54,780 nt of DNA. Source: Nemertoderma westbladi (lineage: Eukaryota; Animalia; Xenacoelomorpha). Under the pieces are notes generated by a model that was given only the letters and a program-made list of their open reading frames with translations, made no database searches and was not told the DNA's origin. Within the stretch, counting starts at the first letter, position 1. Every line of letters starts with the position of its first letter. This document shows, piece after piece, positions 51,401-54,780 of the stretch. The translations under genes were made by a program, and so were the position numbers. The stretch covers positions 1 through 54,780 of the forward strand of contig JAUCBJ010004920.1 in NCBI GenBank assembly GCA_032718475.1, given 5' to 3'.

Positions 51401-52972
51401 CAGAACAACAGAACAACAGAACAACAGAACAACAGAACAACAGAACAACAGAACAACAGAACAACAGAACAACAGAACAACAGAACAACAGAACAACAGA
51501 ACAACAGAACAACAGAACAACAGAACAACAGAACAACAGAACAACAGAACAACAGAACAACAGAACAACAGAACAACAGAACAACAGAACAACAGAACAA
51601 CAGAACAACAGAACAACAGAACAACAGAACAACAGAACAACAGAACAACAGAACAACAGAACAACAGAACAACAGAACAACAGAACAACAGAACAACAGA
51701 ACAACAGAACAACAGAACAACAGAACAACAGAACAACAGAACAACAGAACAACAGAACAACAGAACAACAGAACAACAGAACAACAGAACAACAGAACAA
51801 CAGAACAACAGAACAACAGAACAACAGAACAACAGAACAACAGAACAACAGAACAACAGAACAACAGAACAACAGAACAACAGAACAACAGAACAACAGA
51901 ACAACAGAACAACAGAACAACAGAACAACAGAATAACAGAACAACAGAATAACAGAACAACAGAACAACAGAACAACAGAACAACAGAACAACAGAACAA
52001 CAGAACAACAGAACAACAGAACAACAGAACAACAGAACAACAGAACAACAGAACAACAGAACAACAGAACAACAGAACAACAGAACAACAGAACAACAGA
52101 ACAACAGAACAACAGAACAACAGAACAACAGAACAACAGAACAACAGAACAACAGAACAACAGAACAACAGAACAACAGAACAACAGAACAACAGAACAA
52201 CAGAACAACAGAACAACAGAACAACAGAACAACAGAACAACAGAACAACAGAACAACAGAACAACAGAACAACAGAACAACAGAACAACAGAACAACAGA
52301 ACAACAGAACAACAGAACAACAGAACAACAGAACAACAGAACAACAGAACAACAGAACAACAGAACAACAGAACAACAGAACAACAGAACAACAGAACAA
52401 CAGAACAACAGAACAACAGAACAACAGAACAACAGAACAACAGAACAACAGAACAACAGAACAACAGAACAACAGAACAACAGAACAACAGAACAACAGA
52501 ACAACAGAACAACAGAACAACAGAACAACAGAACAACAGAACAACAGAACAACAGAACAACAGAACAACAGAACAACAGAACAACAGAACAACAGAACAA
52601 CAGAACAACAGAACAACAGAACAACAGAACAACAGAACAACAGAACAACAGAACAACAGAACAACAGAACAACAGAACAACAGAACAACAGAACAACAGA
52701 ACAACAGAACAACAGAACAACAGAACAACAGAACAACAGAACAACAGAACAACAGAACAACAGAACAACAGAACAACAGAACAACAGAACAACAGAACAA
52801 CAGAACAACAGAACAACAGAACAACAGAACAACAGAACAACAGAACAACAGAACAACAGAACAACAGAACAACAGAACAACAGAACAACAGAACAACAGA
52901 ACAACAGAACAACAGAACAACAGAACAACAGAACAACAGAACAACAGAACAACAGAACAACAGAACAACAGA
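51401..52972. repeat. Near-perfect (CAGAACAA)n microsatellite, ~196 copies
   Basis: Direct inspection; two variant units near 51934-51950. Confidence 0.98.
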
Positions 52973-53139
52973 CACACCGATTGAGTTAGTGGTACCTGTA
53001 TGCTAAGCTCGCTTACTTTCGTCGCTCGCCCCACATATTTAGAAAGTTAAATATCCGTTACACTGGCCAGAACACTAACAGTGGTTTTTTTATACCACGT
53101 TTTAACACAGTTATAGTTTAATTTTCAATCCAGGCACAT

Positions 53140-53538
53140 ATTAATTTTTTTCCTGTATTCTTTCCTTCTCGATTCAATATAACGGTCCTTTAATATGGAA
53201 CGATATTCCAAATAATATTAACAACATTAAAAAAAAGCACCTGTTCATTAAGGCACTTAAAAATCACCTACTATCTACAGCAGAGTAGCCCTCACACTCT
53301 CTACTTGTAGTCTACAAAAGATAATTCACCTTAATGTACCGTATTAAATAATAAAAACAATATTTCTTTACTTTCTTTTAAAATAATATTTCTTATTCTT
53401 ATTATTAATGTTATCTTATACTTTATTACTCAGAAGGCCAGTGCCTATCAAGCTTCGGCTTACCAACTGGTCTTCTGGCCTTTTTTCAACTCACCCCATC
53501 ATACTAACATGTATGCGTTTAATAAAAAAATAAATACT
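53140..53538 (+). mobile_element. 3' end of a CR1/L2-group LINE
   Basis: FSIQYNGPLIWNDIPNNI...FIKALKNHLL*; 3' UTR hairpin AAGC-TTCG-GCTT; AATAAA-type tail. Confidence 0.65.
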
Positions 53539-53649
53539 GTACTTTGATTGTCCGTGGTGGTGGGTTTGCCACAATATTATATTAATACAAATTATACAAT
53601 TATACAATACATGCAATCAGTGATCAGCTGACAACAGCCAGCTGATCGG

Positions 53650-54780
53650 TAGGTTTCGCCCAGCAGCTGAAGGCATTCTCAGGAGGCCAAGCCAGGAAAT
53701 GTAGAGAGAAATTCAAAAAAGGAGACAGAACGAGTATTGAATAATGAGAGAGGTCTGTAGGTAACTAGCCACTGGGAAGCAGCACCACAATCTTACGCCA
53801 ATCACGTTTCTGCTTGTTGATAGCGGGCTTGCGTGTTTGAAATGTAACACATTTCAAGCTTTTGCAAGACTGGCCGCAATGGGTGTCTAGCAATTACTTT
53901 GAAATGTTTAAACAATTCACGCCAGTCAGTCAGCCAACGTGTATTAGAAGGGGAAATATGTTGGACACACCAGCCAACACCTGTTTGAACGCGGTAGACA
54001 GCACCATGATGGGACAGCCAAGGATGGGAGCGAACAGGGTAAGACTGTGCACAACCACATCATGACTCACCGCGGCGAGCCCAATACACGTTGGCTGACT
54101 GACTGGCGTGAATTGTTTAAACATTTCAAAGTAATTGCTAGGGACGGCTATATCCGAGACGGGATGTTTTAGAGATGGGAGTGACTACTGGCGCCGTTTA
54201 GTTGTAGTGAAAACGAAACGAACTGGCCGTGCGCAAGACATGGGTATGAGTCTACGTAACTGACGAACAAACAGATCGGTTGCCCGACCTCGGTACTCAA
54301 ACTTACAGATAATGGGCTTTGAGTCATCAGCACCTGCCTGGTCCACCGGGTCACTGACCTCGGTGGGGACAACTGTTGGTGTCTCGCCCCCAGAACCACT
54401 ATTTGCACGCCCCATAGCGCTTGAACTGCGACTAGCTCATGCTCGACCACAGCATCAGTATATTGGTTATTGCTAAGAATATTCTTAGCATCCCCAATAG
54501 CGGTAGTTGGGAACCATCGCCACCCTTACTGGCGTTAAAGATGCGATGGAATATACCACGAACTACACCGTGTTTGTAAGACTCAGGGGCACACGCAGTG
54601 GCATTGAGAACGAGCACAGTATCTGTAGGCTTACGATACCACGCTGTTGAAAGAGCATAGTCAAGCAGAGTGACAACCAAATCAAGAAAGGACAAGCGGC
54701 CCTCCACCTCCATCGCAAGTGTAAACTTGAGATTGGGATGGAGGTCATTGACCTCTCTCAGCTTCTCAGTATTTACCTAC
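53650..54780 (-). mobile_element. Penelope-like retroelement: RT C-terminus and GIY-YIG endonuclease, degraded
   Basis: NDLHPNLKFT..E.EGRLSFLDL, WYRKPTDT, APESYKHG, VRFVFTT, YVGHTSQHL..R..QH (inverted), LQKLEMCYI..KPAINKQ. Confidence 0.85.

Noticed and set aside
53887-54141. MITE with TA TSD
   Set aside because: Both the spacer and the arm translate as Penelope GIY-YIG sequence

Overview
Eukaryotic, probably animal (invertebrate-like), repeat-dense DNA with no intact host gene that I can recognise. It is a nest of retroelements, MITEs and tandem repeats. The main feature is a full-length but decayed BEL/Pao LTR retrotransposon (6391-20342, +) with four unusual properties. (i) It has no tRNA-type PBS; the 12 nt at the PBS position are perfectly complementary to the predicted transcript 5' end, as in Tf1-type self-priming. 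(ii) It carries a ~851-codon accessory ORF at the env position with a DEDDy-like 3'-5' exonuclease and CCHC zinc knuckles. (iii) A 63-aa uORF overlaps the gag start (ATGA). (iv) U3 is built from arrays of RNA structural modules: kink-turn/UNCG hairpins and loop-E/bulged-A/GNRA-like hairpins, the latter also embedded in gag, pol and ORF3. Other content: the 3' end of another LTR element, a CRE-type RLE non-LTR fragment, a 5-kb 39-bp minisatellite containing a solo LTR, MITEs, a decayed Gypsy, three RTE-like LINE copies (two nested), a second BEL/Pao on the minus strand, a CR1/L2 3' end, and a Penelope-like element with a template-switch inversion. All motif calls were made by eye; no searches or folding programs were run.
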